Part shown: positions 31,027 through 40,395 of the stretch, piece by piece
Layout: every line of letters starts with the position of its first letter
Numbering within the stretch: the stretch's first letter is position 1
DNA from: Candidatus Tectimicrobiota bacterium
Lineage (GTDB): Bacteria > JACPUC01
Direction: 5' to 3'
Assembly: GCA_016192455.1 (NCBI GenBank)
Contig: JACPUC010000001.1
Coordinates: 62,001-126,000 of the forward strand
DNA length: 64,000 bases
The notes under the pieces: generated by a model
Told to the model about the DNA's origin: nothing
The model's database searches: none
The model's input: only the letters and a program-made list of their open reading frames with translations
Position numbers and translations under genes: made by a program

Positions 31027-31484
31027 GCCATGTGCGTATCCTGGTGATCCACGGACCGAACCTCAACCTCCTTGGCCGGCGCCAGCCGGAGGTGTACGGT
31101 TCCGTGACGCTCGAACAGGTGAACGAGCAGCTTGCCATCCTGGGGAGGGAACTCGGAGCCGAGGTGCGGACGCTGCAGTCGAACTGGGAAGGGGAGATCG
31201 TCGAAGCTATCCATGGAGCGCGGGGTACGGCGGACGCCATCGTCATCAATCCGGGAGCCTACACGCACACCAGCATCGCTATCCGTGACGCCATTCAGGG
31301 CGTGGCCCTGCCGACCGTTGAGGTGCACCTCAGCAACATCCACGCCCGCGAGCCATTTCGGCGCCACTCCTACGTTGCCGAAGTGGCGGTGGGACAAATC
31401 TGCGGCTTCGGGGTGCACAGCTATCTCCTTGGTCTCCGCGTTGCGGCGGATCTCGCGGCAGAGCGGCGCGGCGCGGCTTCGTAG
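31023..31484 (+). CDS. aroQ: Type II 3-dehydroquinate dehydratase
   Basis: [41 protein letters not shown]. Confidence 0.97.
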   Translation: MSHVRILVIHGPNLNLLGRRQPEVYGSVTLEQVNEQLAILGRELGAEVRTLQSNWEGEIVEAIHGARGTADAIVINPGAYTHTSIAIRDAIQGVALPTVEVHLSNIHAREPFRRHSYVAEVAVGQICGFGVHSYLLGLRVAADLAAERRGAAS

Positions 31485-31588
31485 CGGCGCGCTCGACGCC
31501 GCTGCGGCTGCCGCCACGTTTGCCTACGAAGCTCCTGCCAGCGCGGGAAGATCGACCCTGACGACGACTGAACGAGGCGGAATCGCGC

Positions 31589-32029
31589 ATGGACCTGCAG
31601 GAACTCGGCCAGATCATCGATCTCTTCCTCAGCAAGGATCTGGCTGAGCTGGAGATCGAGGAGAACGGTCGGCGGGTGCGGCTGAAGCGCCCGGAGCCGG
31701 GGGCGGGCAACGCGGCCTCGCCTCCTCAGGGTGCGGCGGCGACCCCGGAAGCCGGGCCGGGCGCAACCCGCGCGGACATCGACGCCCAGTACGTCACCAT
31801 CGATGCGCCCATGGTCGGCACCTTCTACCGCGCTCCAGCGCCGGGGGTCACGCCCTTCGTCAAAGAGGGGCAGGTCCTCGAAAAAGGGCAGACGCTCTGC
31901 ATTCTGGAGGCCATGAAGGTGATGAATGAGATCGAGTGCGAGGTTCGCGCCCGCGTCGTCTCCATCCTCGTCGAAGACGGCCAGCCGGTGGAATACGGCG
32001 AACCCCTGTTCCTGGTGGAGCCCCTCTAA
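31589..32029 (+). CDS. accB: Acetyl-CoA carboxylase biotin carboxyl carrier protein
   Basis: [11 protein letters not shown], biotinylation motif [18 protein letters not shown]. Confidence 0.96.
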   Translation: MDLQELGQIIDLFLSKDLAELEIEENGRRVRLKRPEPGAGNAASPPQGAAATPEAGPGATRADIDAQYVTIDAPMVGTFYRAPAPGVTPFVKEGQVLEKGQTLCILEAMKVMNEIECEVRARVVSILVEDGQPVEYGEPLFLVEPL

Positions 32030-32266
32030 ACGACGAAGGAGCCTGTGGGCCGTTGGCGGGGTGCTCTCGCGCCGTGGCGTCCCTCAAGTGGCGGCGGGCT
32101 GGCGCCGCGCCCGGCGTTGCCGAGGAGACGAAACGCCTGCGCGTCTCCGGCACGCCTCGCACAGGAAGATGGGGCCGCAGTGTTCGAGCTGGTCCGCGGC
32201 TCCTGTCTTTGATGGCCGGCCTGCTTTCCCCGCCGCCCGCGCCGCCCCCCTGCCGTGAGGTACGGC

Positions 32267-33613
32267 ATGTTCAAGAAACTCCTCATCGCCAATCGCGGCG
32301 AGATCGCCCTGCGCATTCTGCGGGCCTGCCAGGAGCTCGGCATCAAGACCGTCGCCGTCCACTCCACCGCGGATACCGACTCCTTGCACGTGAAGTTCGC
32401 GGATGAATCCGTCTGCATCGGGCCCGCGGAAAGCCTGCGCAGCTACCTCAACATCCCCGCCATCATGAGCGCCGCCGAGATCACCGGCGCCGACGCGATC
32501 CACCCCGGCTACGGATTTTTGGCCGAGAATGCCTCCTTTGCCGAGATTTGCGAGCAGTGCAGCATCGTCTTCGTGGGGCCGCGGCCACACCACCTCACCA
32601 ACATGGGGAACAAGTGGCGGGCGCGCGAAATCGCCGCCGCCGCGGGGGTCGCCCCCCTGCCTGGGGGAAAGCCGGAGAAACCAGGCTGGCGAGGGACGCT
32701 GGAGCTGGCCCAGGAGATCGGCTTTCCGGTGGTGCTGAAGGCGGCGGAGGGGGGCGGCGGCAAGGGCATCAGGATTGTGCACGACGAGCACGGCTTCGAG
32801 GAGAGTTACAACCTCATGCAGTCGGAGGCCAGGGCAGCCTTCGGCAACGCCGATCTCTACCTGGAGCGCTACCTGCGCGCCGCCCGGCACGTCGAGGTGC
32901 AGATTTTGGCGGACGGCCACGGCAACATGGTGCACTGCGGCGAGCGCGAGTGCTCGGTGCAGCGCCGCTTCCAGAAGATGATCGAGGAGACGCCCTCGCC
33001 GGCGGTGTCGCCGGAGCTGCGGCAGGCCATGGGCGACGCCGCCTTGAAGATCGCGGCGGCGGTGCAGTACTGCAGCGCCGGCACGGTGGAGTTCCTCGTC
33101 GATGAGGACTGCAACTTCTATTTCCTGGAGATGAACACCCGCATTCAGGTCGAGCACCCAATCACCGAGATGGTGGCCGGCATCGACCTCATCGCCGAGC
33201 AAATCCGCCTTGCCGCCGGCGAGCCCCTGCGCTATAAGCAGGACGAGCTGCAGCCGCGCGGCCATGCCATCGAGTGCCGCATCACCGCCGAGGATTCCGA
33301 GACCATGCGCCCCTCCTGTGGGCGCATCGAGAACGTCCACCTCCCCGGCGGGCACGGCATCCGGGTGGACAGCGCCATCTACGCCGGCTTCACCGTCACG
33401 CCCTACTACGACAGCCTGCTGGCGAAGCTCATCGCCTACGCGCCGAGCCGCCTGGAAGCCATCGCCAAGATGCGCCGCGCCTTGCACGAGATGCAGATTC
33501 AGGGGGTCTCGACCACGCTGCCGCTGCACTGCGCGATCTTCGAGGACGCGGATTTCCAGCGCGGCGTCGTCACCACGAACTTCCTCGATCGCTTCCTGCC
33601 GCCAAAGCGCTGA
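32267..33613 (+). CDS. accC: Acetyl-CoA carboxylase biotin carboxylase
   Basis: [51 protein letters not shown]. Confidence 0.97.
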   Translation: MFKKLLIANRGEIALRILRACQELGIKTVAVHSTADTDSLHVKFADESVCIGPAESLRSYLNIPAIMSAAEITGADAIHPGYGFLAENASFAEICEQCSIVFVGPRPHHLTNMGNKWRAREIAAAAGVAPLPGGKPEKPGWRGTLELAQEIGFPVVLKAAEGGGGKGIRIVHDEHGFEESYNLMQSEARAAFGNADLYLERYLRAARHVEVQILADGHGNMVHCGERECSVQRRFQKMIEETPSPAVSPELRQAMGDAALKIAAAVQYCSAGTVEFLVDEDCNFYFLEMNTRIQVEHPITEMVAGIDLIAEQIRLAAGEPLRYKQDELQPRGHAIECRITAEDSETMRPSCGRIENVHLPGGHGIRVDSAIYAGFTVTPYYDSLLAKLIAYAPSRLEAIAKMRRALHEMQIQGVSTTLPLHCAIFEDADFQRGVVTTNFLDRFLPPKR

Positions 33614-33716
33614 GGCGCGGCGCCGCCGCCCTGTCCGGGTTCTCCAGGAGGCGCAGAGCCGGGGTGCGGCCGAGTGCCGCGTGAGATTCGCCTGGGTCTG
33701 GCGTGGGAGGACCACG

Positions 33717-34874
33717 ATGACCGGAGTAACTTCATCTCGCCCGCGGCTGCGGGGCCTGTTCGCCATCGCCGCCGTGGGGTTCCTTGCCCTCCTCCTGAAC
33801 GCCTGCGGCAAGGAGGAGCAGGCCATCCCCATCGCGCTGGCCGGCCCCTTCACCGGCAACGCCGCGGCTTTCGGCGACAAGGTGCGCAAGGGGGCCGAGC
33901 TGATGGTCGAGGAGGTGAACGCCAGGGGCGGCATCAACGGCGTGAAGGTGAAGCTCCTCATCGGCGATGACGCCGCCGACCCGAAGGAAGCCGCCACCGT
34001 CGCCCAGCGTTTCGCGGCGGATGCGCGCATCCCCATCGTCGTCGGGCACCTCAACAGCTCCTGCACGCTGGCCGCGCAGCCCATTTACAGCCGCGCCGGC
34101 GTCGTCGAACTCTCCTACGGCTCGACCAACCCCCGCATCGCCGAGAACAGCCCCTGGACGTTCCGCAACATCTACCGCGACGATGTCCAAGGGCCGACCG
34201 TGGCGCGCTACGCACAGACCATCCTGAAGCTTCGCAAGGTGGCTGTTTTCTACGATAACGACGACTACGGCATCGGCTTGAAAACCGGCTTTGTGGACGA
34301 GGCCAAACGCATCGGCCTGACCATCATCGCCGAGGAGGCCTACACCCGCGAGTCCACCGATTTCACCCCGCAGCTCACCAAAATCCGGGCCGCGGGGCCC
34401 GACGCCATCTTCATCTCCGGCCTTTACAACGAAGCCGCGCTCATCGCGTCGCAGGCCCGCAAGCTCGCCATCAGGACGCAGCTCCTGAGCGCCGACGGCG
34501 CGCTCTCCGACGACCTCATCAAGATCGGCGGCCAGGCCGTGGAGGGACTGATCCTCAGCGTTCCCTACGTCTTCTCCGAAGAGGACCCCTTCGCCAAGCG
34601 CTTCAAGGAGAAGTACGGCGAGTTCCCTGATTCCTGGGCCGGACAAGCCTACGACGCGGTAGGGATCGCCATCGCGGCGATCACCGCCGTCGGCCCGAAT
34701 CGCGCCAAAATCCGCGACTGGCTCGCTTCACGCACCACGAAAGAGAAAGGCTACCAGGGCGTCACCGGCCTCACCGTCTTCGACGAGCACGGCGACGTGA
34801 AGAAGCCCGTCTTCTTCGCCACCGTCAAGAACGGCAAGTTCGTGCCCGCCGCCCAGCAGCTTCCCAACGGCTGA
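33717..34874 (+). CDS. Branched-chain amino acid ABC substrate-binding lipoprotein (LivK/J-like)
   Basis: Lipobox LNAC, IALAGPFTG, VNARGGING, DFTPQLTKI, YQGVTG; RBS GGGAGG. Confidence 0.92.
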   Translation: MTGVTSSRPRLRGLFAIAAVGFLALLLNACGKEEQAIPIALAGPFTGNAAAFGDKVRKGAELMVEEVNARGGINGVKVKLLIGDDAADPKEAATVAQRFAADARIPIVVGHLNSSCTLAAQPIYSRAGVVELSYGSTNPRIAENSPWTFRNIYRDDVQGPTVARYAQTILKLRKVAVFYDNDDYGIGLKTGFVDEAKRIGLTIIAEEAYTRESTDFTPQLTKIRAAGPDAIFISGLYNEAALIASQARKLAIRTQLLSADGALSDDLIKIGGQAVEGLILSVPYVFSEEDPFAKRFKEKYGEFPDSWAGQAYDAVGIAIAAITAVGPNRAKIRDWLASRTTKEKGYQGVTGLTVFDEHGDVKKPVFFATVKNGKFVPAAQQLPNG

Positions 34875-35135
34875 GACGGGGGGATCGATCGCCCCGCCCT
34901 CGTAGGCGCCTCTCCAAAGGCCGCCGATTTTACCGCCCGTCACCCCGCCCCCACGTCAAGCAGCCGCGCGCCCGTCAGCACGCGGGGCGTGGACACCCGC
35001 CCTTGACTACCGCGCAGACGCTGGATGGTGAAAAAAGGTGATTATTTGACAGCTTCGGGTAGAAAGGTTAGAAAGAAGGTCAGTATAATTACTGTGTAAA
35101 ATCTAGGGAGGCCCCCTGCGGCAGGAGGAAACAAA

Positions 35136-35564
35136 ATGCGGCAATTCAACCGTTTCGTGCGAGTTCCGCTCCTGGCACTGATCGCCACGTTCCTAGTGGC
35201 CTCCACGCCTGCCGCCGTCGCCGCCCAGGGCGACACCTTGCTCTACCTCGTCGAGTTCGAGGCCACCGAGGCGGGAGCTCCGACGAGCCGCGAACAAGCG
35301 ATCCACTTGCTTGAGCAACTGATCGTCCCAAGCCTCGAGCGCCTGGCGAAGGACGCCAAGGTCCGCGCCGGCGGAGTCCTTGTCGGTGCGCGAGCCGGCG
35401 TTCTCATCCTTGCAGCAAAGTCTCATGACGAAGTGACCGAGCTCGTCCGCGCCCTACCGGCCTGGGGAGTCTGGGGATGGAAGGTGAGGCCGCTCGAGGG
35501 CTTTGCTCATCGGGCTGACATCGAGAAGAAGGTGGTCCAGCAGCTCCGGGCACAGAAGCCGTGA
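35136..35564 (+). CDS. Signal-peptide protein resembling muconolactone-isomerase/DUF3303-like small barrels
   Basis: Signal peptide; LYLVEF...G.LVGARAGVLIL.A.SHDEVTELVRALPAW...VRPL; RBS AGGAGG; AT-rich promoter region with TATAAT. Confidence 0.65.
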   Translation: MRQFNRFVRVPLLALIATFLVASTPAAVAAQGDTLLYLVEFEATEAGAPTSREQAIHLLEQLIVPSLERLAKDAKVRAGGVLVGARAGVLILAAKSHDEVTELVRALPAWGVWGWKVRPLEGFAHRADIEKKVVQQLRAQKP

Positions 35565-35819
35565 GGCGCAAAACTTAGGCCGCCATCAAAGGCAGGGGCC
35601 TCCCAAGCGGCTGCAGGTGCAGAAAGGAAGGATGCGGTCTTTCTTGATCATCGGATTCCATGCGGAGAGAATGTGGCGGACGATCTCTTGGACCTGAGAC
35701 TCGTCAATTTCCATGGCCGGCTCCGTGCTCCTATTGTTCGTTGCTTGTGTGCCGAAACACTCCGAACTATCACCCAAACTCCGGACAGGAGCAGCCAATT
35801 GCACACCTTCCAGGAATTC

Positions 35820-36209
35820 TCACCTCCTCGGAGGTGGCTGGACTTGCAGATTGTTCGCGGCGAGGAACGCCTCCACCGTGTTGAAGGCATTCAGGAAGAG
35901 AGGGCTTCCGGAGAAGGAGAGCGGACTCACGGGGCCGATGGTCATGAAGGAGTACTGCCGGCTCCTTGTGTCGAAGGCCGAGTGCGGATCGCGGAAGAGC
36001 TGGTAGAGGTCGAGCGCCGTACCTGACGACCCAACGAGCTGGCGCAGGGACTGAAACTCCTGTCCGAGGGCAAGTCCGAAGCCGAAGAAGAAGATCCGAA
36101 GCTGCTGCAGGATTTCGGGATGCAGGCTGGAGAGCGTCTGGCTGATGAAGAGCCAGCCGAGGCCGTACTTGCGCGTCGTGCGGGTGGCATCAATGAGCAC
36201 CGCGCGAAC
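35820..36209 (-). pseudogene. C-terminal fragment of a HerA/FtsK-like ATPase
   Basis: RTTRKYGLGWLFISQTLSSL (RK.G...SQ motif); no Walker A/B; an in-frame stop lies shortly upstream. Confidence 0.7.
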
Positions 36210-36424
36210 GCCGCGGGGTGGCAGGCCCGCGAGCTCGCAGACTTCCTTGACCTATGCCTCGGAGAGGTACACGACGAGCGTTTCAGGCGTGGCGCGATGA
36301 GCCCCCGGAGAGACGGGCCGCTATCTCTTCTGCGCTCCACCAAGCGACGCCATCCAGTCGGAGGTCGTCGATGGCGCGCTTAAGGTCGTCATGCCCCCTC
36401 GTCCACACGATCGCCTATTGACCG

Positions 36425-39214
36425 TCATGGCGCGCTCCCTCCTCTCCGTGCGACGTCGAGCTTCGCCCCCTCGCTGCACATGCGCCTGTAGTCGCAATCC
36501 CTACACTTCTTCAGGTCCGGCTTCTTAGTCATGGCCCCCTCCCGAAGCGCTTGCGCCGCAGACCGCACATTGTCCTTCACTTCATCGAGGAAGTCGTTGT
36601 CGACCGCACGTGGCTTACGCTTCCGCTCGTCGAGGTTATAGATCTCGACGAAGTCGGCGCGGCGTCCGGTGAGATCCTGGTACCCTAGCGCGTAAACATG
36701 GAGTTGCGTCTCCGTGACGTCCTCGGCCTGAGCTCGGTCGGTGGACTTCAAATCCACGATGGTCGTTTCTCCGGTGTCGATCCGGCGGACAAGATCGATC
36801 CGCCCGATGACCGAGACGCCGCCCCCGAGGTTGATCGCGACGGTCTTCTCGGAGAACTCGATCTTGTCGAAGAGGTCCCGGTTGTCGTGGAGGTAGTTGC
36901 CGAGGACCTTTTCTGCGGCCTTCTCCAGCTTCTCGCGCAGCGCGGGGTAGGCGTAGGGGGTGTGCAGGTGCGTTTCGACGAGCCGTGGCACATCCGAAGC
37001 GGACGCGACGTCGCCGCGCATTGCGCGAGCGTGGACCTCGGCGAGAGCATCGTGCAGCGACTTGCCGTAGCCGAGCGCCTCGTGGATCGGCGCGTTGAAC
37101 CCGTACAGGATGCGGAGCTTGAACTGGTACGGGCACTCGAAGAAGTACTTGAGGTCCGAGAAGGACAGGACGACGTTCGCTACGCTCGGCCGCGGCGTCG
37201 GCGAGAGGCGCTTGCGGGAGCCGTAGTCGGCGCGCCGTCGCTTGACCCACTTGGACGCAAGGATGTTTACCCAGAACTCCGAGACTTTCTGAAAGAGCTG
37301 GTTCCCGGGAACGGGACCCCACGTTAGGTGCAAGAACTTCTGGCTGCGAGTCATCGCGACGTAGAAGAGGCGCCGCTCGTCCTCGATGGTCCCCTCGTAC
37401 CGCTCCTGTCCCTCGACCGCCTCTGCGGGGAGTAAATGCCATACTGATACTGAGACAGAGCGGCCGCCCGGCTTCTTCGCAGGGAAGCGGTTTTTCAGCA
37501 GAGCCGGCACGAACACAACGGGCCACTGCATTCCCTTCGCCTGGTGGATGGTCATCACGCGCACGGCTTCTGGGTTCGCGTACTGGTTGTCCTGCCAGCC
37601 CTCTGGGTAGGCGTCCTCCGCTTTGTGCTGGAGGAAGCTCGCAAAGGCATCGTACTTCTCTATCGGCTTCGAGTGGTAGTGAATGGTCTCAAAGTCCGAG
37701 ATGAGCTGGCTGAACTTGCCGAGGTTGTAAAAGACGACCACGCCGCGATCCTCAGGGACCTTTTCCTCACGGATGGCAGCATCTTCGAGGAAGGTCAGGA
37801 ACTGGCGTTGCAAGGAGTAGAAACCCCACCGCTTCTGGTCGGGTTCGTCGAGCGCTGCCCGGTCATTCTCGACGTTCGCAATCGCATGCCTGAGGTCCGC
37901 AAGGCGCACGCCCACACGGGCGCGTACCCACGCTGCTTCCAGCGTGGTAGCGCTTACGCCCGGCCGTGCCGCCATGAAGTAGAAGACCTGGCGGGCGGCT
38001 TCAGCTTCGGGGGTCCCGAAGAGGTTGTTCATCCCGGCGACCACGTAGGGGATGCCTGCAGCCGCAAGCGCCCGCGTGATCGGCTCGCCGTTGGCTTTCA
38101 CGCTGCGGAGCAGGATGGCCATGTCCGACCACGAGATCCCCCGCTCGCCCCCGCCGTCCTTCACCGCGACACCCTGGAGAGTCAGGATGGTCTCGGCGAT
38201 GTATGCAGCCTCGGCATCGGCAGAGTCGAACCAGAGCGCGACGATGTCGCCCGTCTCGTAGACCTGAGCGTGCATCGGGATCATCGCCTTGTCGAGGCGC
38301 TCTCCGTTCTGCTTAATGAAGTCTCTCGCGGTCTCGACGACGCCCTGGCTCGACCGGAAGTTCTCCTCCAGGCGTACCTGCTTCACCTCCGGGTACCGGT
38401 CAGCGAAGGAGAGGATGTTTCCCACATCGCTGCCGCGCCACTGGTAGATGGTCTGGTCGTCGTCCCCTACGACGCAGACCTTCGCGCCGAGATCGTGCAG
38501 AATCTCGACAACGCGCTCCTGGATGGGATTCACGTCCTGGTACTCGTCGACGATGACGTGCCGAATGCGGGACCCGACACGCCTGCGTACGCCATTGTCG
38601 TCTTGGAGCGCCCTGAAGGCCTCCTCCATGATCGCGGAGTAGTCGAAGTAGCTCTTCTGGTTTAGCAGCTCCCTGTACGAGCAGAGTCCGTTAACGACAG
38701 AGCAGCCACGAAGCTTGCGATCGACAAGCCTTGACTCGCGGAGGATCCAGAGCGCAGTGAGGTAGCGACTGGTGTCTGTGTACCTCCGGAGCCTCCTGCC
38801 GTAGAGGTCCGTGGTCGCCGTGAGCCCGCTCTGCCTAGAGTGACGGTCGATGAAGAGCGCCTGCTGCACCTCGTTTAAGACTTCGTATTTCAGGAAGATC
38901 GGCACTTCTGTCTTCAAGAGATCGAGGCAGAAGGCGTGGATCGTACCGACGTACATCTCGGCCAACCCGGGGAGATCACCGATCAATTCACGGCAGCGAG
39001 TGACGATGCGTTCCTTGAGCTCCGCGGCGGCCTTCTCGGTAAACGTGAAGGCGACGATATTCGCCGGCTTGGGAGCGTCAGGGGTGCCAGGCTTAAGGAG
39101 GTTGGCTACCCGGCGCGCAATGACTTCGGTCTTACCCGAGCCCGCACAGGCGACGAGCTGGAGGTTGCCCGTCGTGTGGTTGATCGCGTCGAGCTGGGCG
39201 GGAGTGAACTTCAT
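36425..39214 (-). CDS. UvrD/PcrA-family SF1 helicase fused to a C-terminal PD-(D/E)XK nuclease with 4-Cys Fe-S motif
   Basis: ACAGSGKT, VDEYQD, VGDDDQTIYQWRG, ENFRS, TIHQAKG, ERRLFYVAMTR; then ECPYQF, GRIDL, IVDLKS, QLHVYA, CRDCDYRRMC. Confidence 0.93.
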   Translation of the reverse strand: MKFTPAQLDAINHTTGNLQLVACAGSGKTEVIARRVANLLKPGTPDAPKPANIVAFTFTEKAAAELKERIVTRCRELIGDLPGLAEMYVGTIHAFCLDLLKTEVPIFLKYEVLNEVQQALFIDRHSRQSGLTATTDLYGRRLRRYTDTSRYLTALWILRESRLVDRKLRGCSVVNGLCSYRELLNQKSYFDYSAIMEEAFRALQDDNGVRRRVGSRIRHVIVDEYQDVNPIQERVVEILHDLGAKVCVVGDDDQTIYQWRGSDVGNILSFADRYPEVKQVRLEENFRSSQGVVETARDFIKQNGERLDKAMIPMHAQVYETGDIVALWFDSADAEAAYIAETILTLQGVAVKDGGGERGISWSDMAILLRSVKANGEPITRALAAAGIPYVVAGMNNLFGTPEAEAARQVFYFMAARPGVSATTLEAAWVRARVGVRLADLRHAIANVENDRAALDEPDQKRWGFYSLQRQFLTFLEDAAIREEKVPEDRGVVVFYNLGKFSQLISDFETIHYHSKPIEKYDAFASFLQHKAEDAYPEGWQDNQYANPEAVRVMTIHQAKGMQWPVVFVPALLKNRFPAKKPGGRSVSVSVWHLLPAEAVEGQERYEGTIEDERRLFYVAMTRSQKFLHLTWGPVPGNQLFQKVSEFWVNILASKWVKRRRADYGSRKRLSPTPRPSVANVVLSFSDLKYFFECPYQFKLRILYGFNAPIHEALGYGKSLHDALAEVHARAMRGDVASASDVPRLVETHLHTPYAYPALREKLEKAAEKVLGNYLHDNRDLFDKIEFSEKTVAINLGGGVSVIGRIDLVRRIDTGETTIVDLKSTDRAQAEDVTETQLHVYALGYQDLTGRRADFVEIYNLDERKRKPRAVDNDFLDEVKDNVRSAAQALREGAMTKKPDLKKCRDCDYRRMCSEGAKLDVARRGGSAP

Positions 39215-39261
39215 GGGATTGAGGCTCCTTGAACTGGCAGGTAGCAGGTTCCCGCGATTCT

Positions 39262-39342
39262 GCCCATGACCTCCAGTCGCACAGTCCTGTACCGACGGCA
39301 CATCTCCGCCAGCCGGTTGCGATTAGTATGAAGCTCGGTCAC
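39262..39342 (-). pseudogene. N-terminal remnant of a minimal nucleotidyltransferase (MNT antitoxin-like) gene
   Basis: VTELHTNRNRLAEMCRRYRTVRLEVMG resembles the LAE.CRRY.V.RL.VFGS start of MNTs; similarity ends before the DxD motif. Confidence 0.5.
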
Positions 39343-39629
39343 CGCAATCGGCTCACCATTTCCTTGCCGGTTATGAAAGTTGCATGTGGATGCAGACATG
39401 CAACCAAGCGGTTAATCTACGCGACACGAGCAAGAAATTCGGAGCATCCGGCGAGGGAATCTCGGCTGAGCGCGCCCAACCCGCCGGGCACCCGACCCGG
39501 AGACCGCCTTACCACCTCCGCGGCTCCGTACCCCTCAAACAAATCAGGGGAAACGGCGCTTTTCAGCCTCCCGTTTCCCCTGACTTCACCGTTAACCCAC
39601 GAGCCTCGGGAGGTTCGTGGTTGGATGGT

Positions 39630-39705
39630 TGGCTCCCCGGGCCGGACTCGAACCAGCGACAGGGTGGTTAACAGCCACCTGCTCTACCAACTGAGCTACC
39701 GGGGA
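39630..39705 (-). tRNA. tRNA-Asn (GTT)
   Basis: TCCCCGGTAGCTCAGTTGGTAGAGCAGGTGGCTGTTAACCACCCTGTCGCTGGTTCGAGTCCGGCCCGGGGAGCCA; cloverleaf, anticodon GTT, encoded CCA. Confidence 0.98.
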
Positions 39706-39863
39706 ACTCAGGGCGAAAACGAGCTGAGATATGGGAGGCAACCTCTCGATGAGCGCCTGGCGGCCCGCGCCTGCCTAGAGTAAATCTACCGGGGGCGGGG
39801 GGGATTGTCAAGCTCGCCGGGGGTGTTGCCTTTTTGCCGCACCTGCCGTAGAGTGCGCCTGTG

Positions 39864-40109
39864 ATGTACCTCCTCCACGTCATCGCCGCCATGCTCCTCG
39901 CCGCGCTCCATCCCTACCTCGGCCTGGCGTACGTGGCGGTTGCCTATGTCGTGCTGCGGCTCAGCCGCATCGAGCAGCAGCAGCGCGCCATTGCGGAGAC
40001 CCTCCAGGACCTCAAGGTGGAAGTGACCATCCGCTTGCCGGAGGAGGACCTGCAGCGCCACTTCCCGCGTGATATCAAGCCGTACCTGGATGAGACCTCG
40101 AACAACTGA
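39864..40109 (+). CDS. Small hypothetical membrane protein
   Basis: Hydrophobic N-terminus plus coiled segment; GC3-rich codons like host genes. Confidence 0.65.
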   Translation: MYLLHVIAAMLLAALHPYLGLAYVAVAYVVLRLSRIEQQQRAIAETLQDLKVEVTIRLPEEDLQRHFPRDIKPYLDETSNN

Positions 40110-40395
40110 GGCCCGCCGCGCGCCGCGAGCGCGGCGCTCTCCAGGCGCGATCCCTTCGCTGCATCTAGCCGCGCAGCTTCCGCCGCCTCCGTCTCCGAAG
40201 AGCGCCGCGCGACAAAGCGCCAGGCTCGTTGCGCCCCGAAGCGCGCTGATCGAGGTCGCGCGGACCTCCGCGGGGCGAAACAAGGATTTTCCTTGACACA
40301 ACTCGATTTTCGTGATCAAGTTATGGCGGGAATCGGCGATAGAGCATGAGAAGGACCCCGCACGCCTGGCGGGGGGGCATGGCAAGGAGGGAACG

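Noticed and set aside
34875-35135. Direct repeat of the tRNA-Asn 3' end (att site)
   Set aside because: No copy of TGGCTCCCCGG found by eye, so the islet boundary is inferred from composition only
35586-35804. Small minus-strand ORF (MEIDESQVQEIVRHILSAW...)
   Set aside because: Possibly another gene scrap, but too short and without motifs to call
36425-37170. Cas4 / CRISPR adaptation gene
   Set aside because: The Fe-S PD-(D/E)XK domain is fused to a UvrD helicase, and no cas1/cas2 or array is present
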